A stretch of 64,000 nt of DNA from an uncultured Thermoplasmata archaeon. Its GTDB lineage: Archaea; Thermoplasmatota; Thermoplasmata; Lutacidiplasmatales; UBA184. The translations under genes were made by a program, and so were the position numbers. Location of the stretch: assembly GCA_963804525.1 (NCBI GenBank), contig CAWDQO010000005.1:543261-607260 (forward strand), read 5' to 3'. Below the pieces are notes generated by a model. The model was not told the origin of the DNA. It saw nothing but the letters and a program-made list of their open reading frames with translations, and did not search any database. Every line of letters begins with the position of its first letter. The first letter of the stretch is position 1. Shown piece after piece: positions 18,395 to 28,335 of this stretch.

Positions 18395-19224
18395 GGTCGT
18401 CTCAGGTCCGGAAGGCGATCGCGTTTGCCGCCGTCGTGGGCCTCCTCGCGCTGGCGAGCGTCGTGCCGGGGAACCTCCCGACTGCCCGGGCGACCCCGGC
18501 GTTCGGGGTGCTCTCCGGGACGATCGCTGGCCCGCTCGAGGTCGGGCTGAGCGGGAACGGCACGTACGTGGTCAACGCGACCGGCGGACCCGCGGTCGCG
18601 GCGAACGGGACGCAGGTCGGGATTTACTCGTACAACGCCTCGGTGACCGGAGCGAACGTCTCGACCGTCGTGATCGCTCCGACCGGCGGTTCGATGCCGA
18701 ACGGCACGATCACGCTCACCCTGAAGGCCGGGAACCTGAGCCAGCAGCTGACGATCTACGTCCTCGTCACCTCGTCGCTCAACGGGACCGGCACGCAGAA
18801 CTCGACGACGAACCTCTCGTACACGGTCAACGTCGTGGTCCCGTACCGGTTCACCGCGACGATCGTCGCCGGGAGCGGCGGGACCCTGGCCCCGCTCAAC
18901 CTCACCGTCCTCTTGGACGGCGTGGCGGTCGGCTCGATCCCCGTCGGCACCCTCGCCGCGGGGACCCACTACCCGATCGCGTTCAGCTACGTCGACCCGA
19001 ACATCTCGCCCGGGTGGCACACGTTCTCCGTCTCCCTCGCCCTCGCGCACGGCCTCGTGTCGTTCGCGGGCGGGGCCGAGACGATCAGCGAGTCGTTCTA
19101 CGTCAGCGGGCCTCCGCCGAACGATACGATCTGGTACGTCGGTGGCCTCGGCGCGTTCGTCGGTGTCGTCTTTATATGGACCACCCGAATGGCCGCGAAC
19201 CGCCGCCCCCGGGCGAAGAAGTGA
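18391..19224 (+). CDS. small surface glycoprotein candidate (signal peptide, ~20 N-X-S/T sequons, C-terminal TM anchor)
   Basis: ATG overlaps the aglB TGA (ATGA). MRSSQVRKAIAFAAVVGLLALASVVPG...; sequons NGT, NAT, NAS, NVS, NLS, NST, NLT, NIS, NDT. C-terminus GLGAFVGVVFIWTTRMAANRRPRAKK. Confidence 0.65.
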   Translation: MRSSQVRKAIAFAAVVGLLALASVVPGNLPTARATPAFGVLSGTIAGPLEVGLSGNGTYVVNATGGPAVAANGTQVGIYSYNASVTGANVSTVVIAPTGGSMPNGTITLTLKAGNLSQQLTIYVLVTSSLNGTGTQNSTTNLSYTVNVVVPYRFTATIVAGSGGTLAPLNLTVLLDGVAVGSIPVGTLAAGTHYPIAFSYVDPNISPGWHTFSVSLALAHGLVSFAGGAETISESFYVSGPPPNDTIWYVGGLGAFVGVVFIWTTRMAANRRPRAKK

Positions 19225-19246
19225 GCCCGACCGGACGAGTTCCTCG

Positions 19247-19417
19247 ATGACCGCTCCCGACACGCGCTGCACCTCCTCCGGCGTCGCCCTCGGCGGCCGG
19301 GGGACGACGACGTTCCCGTGCCCGGACTGCGGGGTCGCGACGCTCGGCCGGTGCGCCCGGTGCCGCGACCAGTCGGTCCTCTACACCTGTCCGAACTGCG
19401 GATTCCAGGGCCCGTAG
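19247..19417 (+). CDS. small Zn-ribbon protein (COG2888-like, conserved partner of aEF-1beta)
   Basis: 56 aa, CPDCG...CARCRD...CPNCG; sits immediately upstream of the aEF-1beta gene, as in many archaea. Confidence 0.6.
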   Translation: MTAPDTRCTSSGVALGGRGTTTFPCPDCGVATLGRCARCRDQSVLYTCPNCGFQGP

Positions 19418-19425
19418 GAGCGTCC

Positions 19426-19692
19426 GTGGGCCAGGTCGCGGTGCTGTTCCGACTGATGCCGCAGGGGGTCGAGACCGACCTCAAGGCGATGGCCGAGGCG
19501 GTCCGGGCCACGCTGCCGACCGGGGTCCAGGTCCGCGGGATGCAGGTGAAGGACATCGCCTTCGGGCTGAAGTCGCTCCTCGTGAGCGTCGTGATGGCCG
19601 ATTCCGGCGGGGTCCTCGAGGCGACCGAGCAGGCGTTCGCGAAGGTGCCGCACGTCGAATCGGTCGAGGTGATGGAAGAAGGGCTGCTCTGA
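19426..19692 (+). CDS. ef1b: translation elongation factor aEF-1 beta
   Basis: GTG start. GQVAVLFRLMPQGVETDLKAMAEAV...DIAFGLKSLLVSVVMADSGGVLEATEQAFAKVPHVESVEVMEEGLL; 88 aa, characteristic aEF-1beta length and profile. Confidence 0.8.
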   Translation: MGQVAVLFRLMPQGVETDLKAMAEAVRATLPTGVQVRGMQVKDIAFGLKSLLVSVVMADSGGVLEATEQAFAKVPHVESVEVMEEGLL

Positions 19693-19711
19693 CCGGCCCC
19701 GACCCCCTCCC

Positions 19712-20704
19712 GTGGACCTGTTCACCCACGTCCTGACCGCCTACCTGCTGACCTTTGGCCTTGTCGGCTACCAGCCGAACTATCTCATCGCGGGCGCGAT
19801 CGCCGGCGGCCTCCCCGACGCCGACATCCTCGTCTTTCCGCTCGCCAAGCGGTTCCCGATCCTCCGCCACCACGGGATCACCCACTCGATCTTCGGCGTC
19901 ACCGTGTTCGCGGCGATCGGCGGGCTCTGGGTCGCCCCGGCGCTCTCCCACGGCGGGAGTCCGCTCGTCTTCTTCGCGGTGATGATGGCCGGCGGGATCT
20001 GCCACATGCTCGAGGACGGGTTCACCCATTTCTCGGTGGCCCCGTTCCTGCCGTTCTCGGAGAAGCCGCTCGAGGTCGACGCCGACCGGGCGATCAATTT
20101 CATCACGCTGGTCGTCTCGGTCGTCTCGTTCTACGTCCTCCTCGGCGTCGAGCGAGGCCACGTCGCGTTCGAGGTCTACCTCGTCTCGGTCTACGCCCTG
20201 ATGGCGTTCTTCGTCGTCTACTTCGGCGTCCGGGCGTCGGCCCGCTACGCGGTCGGCCGGCGCCGGAAGGTCGTCGGCGACTTCGACGTCCCGGTCCCCA
20301 CGACGAACCCCCTCGTCTGGCTCCTCCTGCGGGAGTCGAAGACCGATGGGCGGATGCGGACGTCGTTCGCCCGGTACGTCTTCGGCCGCGGCGTAACGAA
20401 GGGGCCGTACACCGTCGACGTGCCGATGGACGCCGTGTCGGCCCCCGGTCCGGCGGCCGACGCCGCCGAGGCGCTCGCGCGGACCTACGGCGTCGCGCGG
20501 AAGGAGAGCAGCGTCCTCGACGACACCTACAGCTTCGGGGAAGCGGTCCCGACCGGCCCCGGCGCCTGGCGGGTGAACTGGTACAGCCTCGAGTTCTCCG
20601 CGTTCGGCCGGGCCGCGGGCGTCCGGGTCGACCTCGCCGCCGACGGCTCGACGAAGGCGAAGAGCGCCTGGCACGTCCCCCTCTGGCGGCGGGAGTTCGC
20701 CTAG
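19712..20704 (+). CDS. membrane-bound metal-dependent hydrolase, DUF457/YdjM family
   Basis: GTG start; multi-TM; LPDADIL and HHGITHS motifs matching the LPDIDH / GHRGFTHS signature of YdjM. Confidence 0.7.
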   Translation: MDLFTHVLTAYLLTFGLVGYQPNYLIAGAIAGGLPDADILVFPLAKRFPILRHHGITHSIFGVTVFAAIGGLWVAPALSHGGSPLVFFAVMMAGGICHMLEDGFTHFSVAPFLPFSEKPLEVDADRAINFITLVVSVVSFYVLLGVERGHVAFEVYLVSVYALMAFFVVYFGVRASARYAVGRRRKVVGDFDVPVPTTNPLVWLLLRESKTDGRMRTSFARYVFGRGVTKGPYTVDVPMDAVSAPGPAADAAEALARTYGVARKESSVLDDTYSFGEAVPTGPGAWRVNWYSLEFSAFGRAAGVRVDLAADGSTKAKSAWHVPLWRREFA

Positions 20705-20705
20705 G

Positions 20706-21698
20706 ATGGCGGCGGGTGCGCCCCGGGCGTCGGGCGACCTCGTCGACCCCGCGAGCGCCCCGTCGGAGACGCGGCGGCTCCTCACCGAGTGGGCGCAGGC
20801 GTCGGCCGGCACGGGGGCCCCCTGGACCGCGTCCCTCCTCGACTGGGCGACCGGCGCGCTCGCCGACGGGAGGTTCGTCGGTCGGCTCTGGGTCGGGCCG
20901 AACGACGAGGCCGTCGGGGTCGCGCTCGGCCTTCCCCCCGGCGAGCTCGGTGGCCGCGTCGAGGTGACGTACCTCTCGGAGGGGTTCCGGAACCCCGCGT
21001 CGGTCGCCGCGTTCGTCGCCCGGCTCGACCGGCCGGACGGGTTCGGTCCGGTCGTCGAGCTCCCGGACCCGCCGGCCGGCCACGACCTCGCGGCGTTCGC
21101 CGCGGCGGTCCGACCGCTCGGCTTCGTCGCCGTTCCGCGGGTCGACATGCGGTTTCCCGGCGACCGACCTCCCCCGAACGCCCCGAAGGTGGTCGGTGTC
21201 CGGGTCCGGACGATGCGGCCGGACGACGCCGAGGCGGTCGCGGCCCTGACGGTGCGGGCGTACTCCGACAACCGGGTCGACACCGCGCTCTTCCAGCGGC
21301 ACCTCGACCCGATGGCCGACGCGCGGGCCGGGACCGCCGCGCTCCTCGGCACCTCGATCGGCGAGTGGCTCGCGTTCGCCTCGTTCGTGGCCGAGGACGA
21401 CGAGGGCGTCCTCGGCGCGACGGTCGTCAACGACCACGCGGGGCCGCTGATCACCCAGGTGATGGTCGACCCGCGGGCCCGCGGAGCAGGGCACGCCTCC
21501 CGGCTCCTCGGGGCCTCGGTCGCGGCGGTGCGGGCCGCGGGCCGGCCGGAGCCGCGGCTCGTCGTGACGTGCGCGAACCGGCGGGCCCGCCGGTTGGACG
21601 AACACCTGGGATTCGTCGAGGACCCGTCGACGCTCGGGTCGCGGTGGCTCCACGCGGGCCGGCTCGGACTCACCGACGCCGACCTCGCCGGGCCGTAG
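20706..21698 (+). CDS. GNAT-family N-acetyltransferase (two-domain)
   Basis: C-terminal acetyl-CoA motif QVMVDPRARGAGHASRLLGASVAAV. Confidence 0.6.
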   Translation: MAAGAPRASGDLVDPASAPSETRRLLTEWAQASAGTGAPWTASLLDWATGALADGRFVGRLWVGPNDEAVGVALGLPPGELGGRVEVTYLSEGFRNPASVAAFVARLDRPDGFGPVVELPDPPAGHDLAAFAAAVRPLGFVAVPRVDMRFPGDRPPPNAPKVVGVRVRTMRPDDAEAVAALTVRAYSDNRVDTALFQRHLDPMADARAGTAALLGTSIGEWLAFASFVAEDDEGVLGATVVNDHAGPLITQVMVDPRARGAGHASRLLGASVAAVRAAGRPEPRLVVTCANRRARRLDEHLGFVEDPSTLGSRWLHAGRLGLTDADLAGP

Positions 21699-21754
21699 CG
21701 GCCCTGCCGGCGGCCGAGGCCCGGAGGTTCCGGGCCCGGCCCGTACGAGATGGT

Positions 21755-24700
21755 ATGAAGCGCGGAGCGGTCGGGGACAGGATGACGGCGAACGCGTCCG
21801 GGCGACCGGCCCGGCCGAAGGACCGCGCGCTCCCGGCCGCCCTGATCCTCCTGGTCTGCGCGGTGGTCGTGGGGAGCTACGCGTCGTTGCCCACCGTCGC
21901 CGTGGTCACGAGCCCGGTCGCGTCCCCCTCGGCGGCGATCACGAGCCCGGCGGGGACCACCGCGACGCCCGTCGGGGTCGGCCCCACGGTCGTCCCCCCA
22001 ACGCTCGCGTCGTCGATCGCCGCGACCCCGTGGACGACCCCCAAGGTCACGTTCGATGCTCCGGGACCGCACCTCGCGTCGTGGGGTGGCCCGGCCCCGC
22101 CGGGCGCGCCGACGCCCGAGATCCCGCATGCCTCGTCCGGAGGAGGATGGTGGGGCGGCAACGAGAGCGGCCTCAACACGCGCTGCGCCGGGATCTGGCC
22201 CTCGACGGGCGGGCAGTCGCAGGTACTACGGGAGCTGCTACGGGCACGACGAGCCCGGGATCGACCCGTACTCGAACCTCGTCGGGAGCGGCGGGAACGT
22301 GACGTGGCACATCCAGCTGCCGGTCGACCGGAGCCCGACCGAGAACCAGTCGAGCCTGTACATCGCGATCTGGTTCGGGATGACGTTGAGCGACCCGTAC
22401 GCGTGGATGAACCAGTGCTTCCTCGAGCTCCAGTTCTACCCGGATTCGAGCTGGAGTGACCCGTTCGGGACGGTCGACGGGAGTTGGGACGGCGCCGCCG
22501 TCGCCTGGCAGATCCAGGCGTCGAGCGGGTACGAGAACCCGTGCTACTACTCCCCGCTGATGACCTCGGGGAACACGTCGTCGTACTTTCACATGACCCA
22601 GGGCGACTCGGTCAACGTGACGATGAACGGGTGGATCGGCGACCCGTACGGGGAGAACATCTCGGTCGACGACACCTCGAGCGGCCAGTCGTCGTTCGTC
22701 ACGATGTACAACTCGTCGGGGCACTACCCGGTCGACCCGGCGTACGCGACGAGCTCCTGGTCGAACGCGCTCTGGTGGACCCCGGGAGGCGAGACGCCCG
22801 TCTCGTTCGCCTTCGAGACCGGTCACGCCGTGAACCCGGCCGTCCCGGAGAACAACAGTTTCGGCGGATGCAGCCCGGGGGCCCCTCCGCCAACCCCGTG
22901 GAACGGGGCCGTTCCGTGCCCGAGCTACGAGCCCGGGGCGTGGGCGAACGACACCCTCGTCCCCTGGCAGATCGCCGCCCCGACGTTCTTTAACGCGACC
23001 GCCCGGCAGAACGCGACGCAGGTCGGATTCAGCCAGGACCTCGGCGGGCTCGCGTTCATCGACGGGACCGACTACTTCGGCTCGTTCCCGTACACGTGCC
23101 TCGGCCAGGAAATGAGCGCGTACTGCACCTACCCCTGGTACAGCTACTCCTGTTCGACCCACGCGTACAACTTCGGGGCCACCGACTACCCGACGACGAC
23201 CGACGATTTCGACAAAGCGCTCGAATTCAAGAGCGTCACCACGCAGAACGCCGCCGGGGAGGGATACTACCCCGTAACGAACGAATCGGTCCCGAGCTGC
23301 GGCGCGACGTCGACGGTCACCGCCGGAACGAGCGGGTCGGGGTCCGGGACGGTCGACTTCCTGAACGGCACGGTCACGAACGCGGTCCGGGTCTTCTCCG
23401 GCGTCGCGTCGGGGAACTACTCGGTGGCCGCGTGGGCGAGCCCGGGGTCGACGTTCGACCACTGGAGCGTCGTCGGCGGGGCGACGGTCGCGCCCGCCGA
23501 CGACCCGTGGGCCAACGTCGACGTCACCGGTGCGAGCGTCGTCACCGCCGTGTTCGACCTCGCCGGCACCGTCGGGGGCCTCGAGGCCAACGTGACGTTC
23601 GCCTCCTCCCTCGCCTCGGCCCGGTTCGCGGTCATCGCCGGCGTCGCCTCGAGCGGGTTCGGCATCGGAGCGTCTCCGGAGACCTGGGAGATCCCGAACG
23701 GCACCACCCTCGCGCTCGCGCCCGGGTTGTACTCCCTCGAGGGCCAACCTCCGCCCGGGTACAACTTCACCGGCTGGGCGGGGACGTCCGGGGTCCGCGT
23801 CTCCGCCCCGACGTTCCCGGACACGGTCCTCGACGTCCCCGCGGGGGCGAACGCGACCGTGACCGCCTCGTTCGCCGCCGCGTCCGGAGCCGCCGAGGTC
23901 CTGATCGAGACACCGAACCCGTCGGACGTCGTGACGCTCGACGGCGTGAATTATTCCGGCGGGTTCGCCGTGACCGGCCTCGCGGTCGGCACGTTCCGGC
24001 TCAACTTCACGCCCGCCGCCGGGTCGACGTTCGTCACGTGGGAGTACGGGGGTCTCGCGATGATGACGAACTTCTCGCAATCGACGTGGGCGACGTTCGA
24101 ATCGGGGGTCTCGGAGATCCTCGCGGTGAGCTCCGCCGTCGAGGCGGTCACGCTGAACGACTCGGGGAGCAACGGGGAGGTCGCCTGGAACACCGAGGGG
24201 AACGCCACGGCCCTCTCCGTTCCCTCGGGGACGACGATCGACCAGACCACGACGTCCGCCTCGAGCTCGTCCCCGGTCGTGTTCGGCATCGTCGCGACGC
24301 CGGCCCCCGGCTGGGGGTTCGCCAACTGGACCGTCTCTCCCGGCGCGGTCGCGTTCGTGCAAGCCCCGCTCGGCTCCGCGACGAACGTCCTGTTCAACTC
24401 GACCGGCGTGACCCCGGTCACAATCACCGCGAACTACGTCGCGAGCGGCTCGGCGAACGGGAGTCTCACGGTCTTCCCCTCCGGGTCCGGCTCCGTCACC
24501 CTGGGGTTCTCGTCGAACCACCTGACCGGCGGCAGCGGGCCCATCCCGAACGCGAGCTTCTACGTGGTCGAGTTCCCGAACTCCGGCGACGTCGTGACCG
24601 GGCTGACCGTCACGAACGGCACCGCCACCCTCGTCCAGGGGTCTTCGCCGACGACCCGTCCGTGGGTACCGTGGGTCTGGGTCGTGACCGCGGTCGGACC

Positions 24701-26345
24701 ATCGACCGCCCTGAACGCGACGTTCGCGCCGCTGACGTACCCGGTCACCTTCGTGGCCAACCCGCCGACCGGCGACCCGGTCGCGACGTTGAACGGCACG
24801 TCGCTCGGGGTCGGGCAGACGCTCTGGCTGGCCAACGGGACGTACTCGCTCTCCGTCGCCCTCGGGTCCGGGGTCACGTTCTCCTCGTGGACGTCCTCGT
24901 GGAGCCGCCTCGCCGTCGCGAGCACATCGCTCGCCACGACGACCGTGAACGTCACGGGGCCGGGCACCGTCTACGCCCTCGGGTCGACGTCCACCCCGAA
25001 CCCTCCCGTTTCGGCGACGGTGAGCCCGAACGGGGCGACCGTGACACCGGGGGAGGGGGTCGTGTTCAACGCGACCGTCGCCTGCCTGGGCGGCCTGGCG
25101 TGCCCGAACGGCACCACGTACGCCTGGTCGGTGGGAAATGCGTCGGTCGGGACGCTGAACGCATCGACCGGCGGCTCCGTCCTCTTCCGTGCGGCCGCGG
25201 TGTATGGGACGACCGACCTCCTGGTCAACGCCACGTTGAACGGCTCGTCGGTGATGAGCGCGCCGGTCGTGGTCGAGGTGATCCCCAACCTCGCGACCGT
25301 GACGGTCCACAACGAGACCTCGTCCCAGATCTATGCCGGGCAGACCGTCTCGCTCGTCGCGGACCCCGGCTGCACGGACGGCGCGCCGTGCCCGACGGGG
25401 ATCACGTTCTCGTGGTTCAGTGAGGACCCCGCGCTCGGGACCGTTTCCCCCACCGGCCACGGGACGGCCACGTTCCAGTCCGCGGACGGGGTCAACGGCT
25501 CCACGGGCGTCGGAGTGACGGCGATCCTCGAGGGCAGCGCCAACGTCACGGGGTTCGCCTTCGTTTCGGTCGCCTACCCGCTCTTGACGAGCGTCACGGT
25601 CGGGCCGTCGACGGTCGAGTCGGCCCCGGGGGCCTCCACGAACTTCTCGGCGGCTCCCGCGTGCACCGACGGTCTTGCGTGCCCGACCGGCACGACGTTC
25701 ACCTGGGCGCTCTCGTCCGCCTCGCTCGGCTCACTCAGCACCGCGACGGGAGCGACGACGGAGTTCACGGCCGGAACCACGAACGCCGCGGGATGGCTCA
25801 ACGCGACGGGGACGCTCCACGGCGTGACCGTGGCCGCCGCCTCCGTCCCGATCGTCGTCGAGCTACCGGCGGCCGCCCTCACCGGAGTGGTCGTCACCCC
25901 GGCGACCGTGTCCCTCGCGGCCGGGGCGATGCAGACGTTCACCGCCGTGCCCACGTGCTCGCCCGGACCGTGTCCGAGCGGGGTCGCCATCGCGTGGGCG
26001 CTCTCGGCCCCGGTCGGCTCGGTGTCGGCCCTGTCGGGTTCGACGACGGTGGTCACCGCCTCGGCGGCCGGAACGGCCACGCTCTACGCGAACGCGACGT
26101 TGTCCGGCGTGACCGACTCGGGCTCCGCCGTGGTCACCGTGACGACGACGCCCGGCGGAGGGTCGACGAGCTCGACGCCGTTCTACGAGAGCCCGCTCCT
26201 GTGGATCGCGGTGGTCGTCCTCCTCGTGGTCGTGGTCGCCGCGGTCATCCTTCTGCGCCGCGGTCCGAGCCCCCCGAGCACCGAGACGCCGGCGGGTTCG
26301 CCGGGCGCCGGCTCGGACGGGGGAACGCCGCCGAGCTCGCCCTGA
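21755..26345 (+). CDS. large (~1,500 aa) N-glycosylated cell-surface protein with N-terminal signal anchor, Cys-pair-stabilised Ig-like repeats and a C-terminal TM anchor; frame shift at ~22205-22225
   Basis: Frame-2 N-terminus MKRGAVGDRMTANASGRPARPKDRALPAALILLVCAVVVGSYA plus a TPS-rich linker continues in frame 3 from YYGSCYGHDEPGIDPYS. Dozens of sequons; repeats with C.DG.ACP.G.TF.W. C-terminus LLWIAVVVLLVVVVAAVILLRRG. ORF 22056 alone has an Arg-rich, signal-less N-terminus. Confidence 0.6.
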
Positions 26346-26405
26346 CCTGGGAGCGGGGCCCGGCCCCGCGGCTCCGGCGCCATGCGAGGGGGTCGGCGAC
26401 GCCCG

Positions 26406-28145
26406 TCAGGCGATCGCGACCGGCGGACGCCGGTGGGGAGCGGTCGCTCCCCCGTCGAGCGGCTCCGGTTCCGACGGGCCCCCCGTCGCGTGCACCCGTT
26501 CCCGGAGGACCGCCTCGTACGCGCTGTCGAGCCGGCGGGACGCCTTCGACCCGATCCATCCGGCATCGACGAGTTCCCGGAGACCGGCCCGGAGCCGCAT
26601 CGGAAGGTCCGGGTCGGGGAGCACGTCCGCGCCCCGGACGATCTCGTACGTCGCATGGGCGAGCCACGGGTCGGTCGCGAGCGCCTCCTCGAGGGTCCGC
26701 CGGAGCGCGCCGTCGAAGTGGGCGGTCCGGGGCTCAAGGGGGAGGACCGCGCCGCCGAACAGCCCCTTGAGGGCCGTGCCGAGGTCGTGGCCCGAGCGGA
26801 GCCGCATCGGGGGGAAGACGCTCGCGCGGAGGCCGCGCGGGCCGCGGAGGAGGGCCACCCAGAGCGGGAACCAGATGACCGAGACGTTCGGGGGAGTGCT
26901 CGGCGCGAGGAAGTACTGCTGGAGGACGTCCCGCTGCTGCGTGCGCGCGGCGAGGTGGCCGTCGATGGCCCCGACGACCTCGGAGCCGACCCCGGCGAGC
27001 TGGTCGCGGAACAGTTCCCGCTCGGCGAGCCGCTCCGCCTCGGAGTGCTCGACGGCGGTGACCCGACCGGTCAGGGCCACGACCGCGGCCCGCTCCCGCT
27101 CGTGGAGCGCCTCGAGCCGGGCGAGCGACTCCCGGATCGACCGGTGCGCGTCCCGGACCTCGGAGGCGGCGCGCCGACCGCGAACCTGGTGGGGAGCGGC
27201 GTCGCCGCCGCGGTCGAGCGAGCGGGCGGCGAGGAGGTCGGCGGTCCGCTGCTCGATGTTCCCCCGGACGACCGTGGCCTGTCCGAGCCGGACCGCCTCG
27301 GCCTCCCGGCGGACCTCCGTGTGGACGGCCGCGTCGAGCCGGTCGGACTCCCGGGTCAGCTCGTGGAGCGCGCGGTCGAGATGGAGCCCCCCGTCGGCCC
27401 GGACCTCGTCGGTCTCGGCGTCGGTGGTGAGGAGCGCCTCCCCGAGGCGGACCGCGACCCGGGCCTTCAGCGCCTCGAGGTCCTGGAGGTCGCTCGTGAA
27501 CCGGCCGAGCCACCGGCCCATCTGCTCGACCGCCGCCCCGTACCACGGCAGGTCGTGCCGGGCCGGGAGGAACCCCGGGTGCGGGGACTGCGGTTCGCGC
27601 CGGAACTCGGCCTGCGCGAGGACGTCGAAGAGGAGCGGGGGGTCGATCGGGAGGAACCCCTCGACCGCGAGCACTTCCGCCCCCGGGTCCTCGGCGAAGC
27701 TCGGACGGAGCCCTTCGAGCGCGACGAGGAGGTCCCGCGGCGCCGCCGGCCGGTCGAGGGTCGTATGGACCGCGGCGAGCGGCGGCAGGAGCGAGTACCG
27801 GAACGTCCTCCGCCAGACTCCCGTGCCGTCGAAGATGGCGACCCGCCCGGGGGTCGGAGAGGGGAGGACCACGAGCGGCCAGTAGATGTTCGCGACCGCC
27901 TCGAGCGTCTCGGTCCCGCCGAGGTGGAGCCGCTGGGAGAGTCCGGTCCGCTCCGCCTCGACGCTCGCGAGGATCGTCGCGAGGACGACCGTGTCGGGGA
28001 GCTCGCGCGGCTGGCCGGCCCCGTCGACGCCCATCGCGAAACCGAGGGTCACCTCGCGCGGCCCCTCGGCCCCGCTCGGGTCGGTGGGCGGGCGAACGGC
28101 GCGTGCGGCGCGGGGGCGTTGCGCCGGGGCGGTCGAGGGCGCCAT
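26406..28145 (-). CDS. hypothetical 579-aa protein with central coiled-coil segment
   Basis: Protein-like from MAPSTAPAQRP (rc 28143-28145) onward: ...IYWPLVVLPSPTPGRVAIFDGTGVW..., long Ala/Arg/Glu heptad-like stretch. The N-terminal 270 aa of ORF 26406-28970 is S/T/R-rich junk. No family recognised. Confidence 0.55.
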   Translation of the reverse strand: MAPSTAPAQRPRAARAVRPPTDPSGAEGPREVTLGFAMGVDGAGQPRELPDTVVLATILASVEAERTGLSQRLHLGGTETLEAVANIYWPLVVLPSPTPGRVAIFDGTGVWRRTFRYSLLPPLAAVHTTLDRPAAPRDLLVALEGLRPSFAEDPGAEVLAVEGFLPIDPPLLFDVLAQAEFRREPQSPHPGFLPARHDLPWYGAAVEQMGRWLGRFTSDLQDLEALKARVAVRLGEALLTTDAETDEVRADGGLHLDRALHELTRESDRLDAAVHTEVRREAEAVRLGQATVVRGNIEQRTADLLAARSLDRGGDAAPHQVRGRRAASEVRDAHRSIRESLARLEALHERERAAVVALTGRVTAVEHSEAERLAERELFRDQLAGVGSEVVGAIDGHLAARTQQRDVLQQYFLAPSTPPNVSVIWFPLWVALLRGPRGLRASVFPPMRLRSGHDLGTALKGLFGGAVLPLEPRTAHFDGALRRTLEEALATDPWLAHATYEIVRGADVLPDPDLPMRLRAGLRELVDAGWIGSKASRRLDSAYEAVLRERVHATGGPSEPEPLDGGATAPHRRPPVAIA

Positions 28146-28170
28146 GGTCCGGAGAAGGTTGCGCAATACG

Positions 28171-28176
28171 TATAAA
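28171..28176 (-). promoter_or_regulatory. TATA box (TTTATA on minus strand) 26 nt upstream of the leaderless start of the 579-aa gene
   Basis: cgtataaaccc; classic spacing. Confidence 0.45.
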
Positions 28177-28335
28177 CCCACACTCTCGCATCGCGGCGCG
28201 CGTCGCCCCGGTGCGTCGGAGCGCGGGCGCCCCGTCGGCCCGCGACGGGAGGTGCCGGCGACCGGTGGCAGGGAAGGAACGGCGGGCCCGAGGAGCTTAT
28301 CGGCCCGGACCGGTCGGGCCCCCAGGGCGGTCGAG

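Noticed and set aside
22056-22220. ATG at 22056 as the start of the big surface protein.
   Set aside because: The resulting N-terminus (MLRDRTSRRGVARPRRARRR...) is Arg-rich with no signal peptide. A proper signal anchor plus linker is encoded upstream in another frame (from 21755) and joins the body at ~22215.
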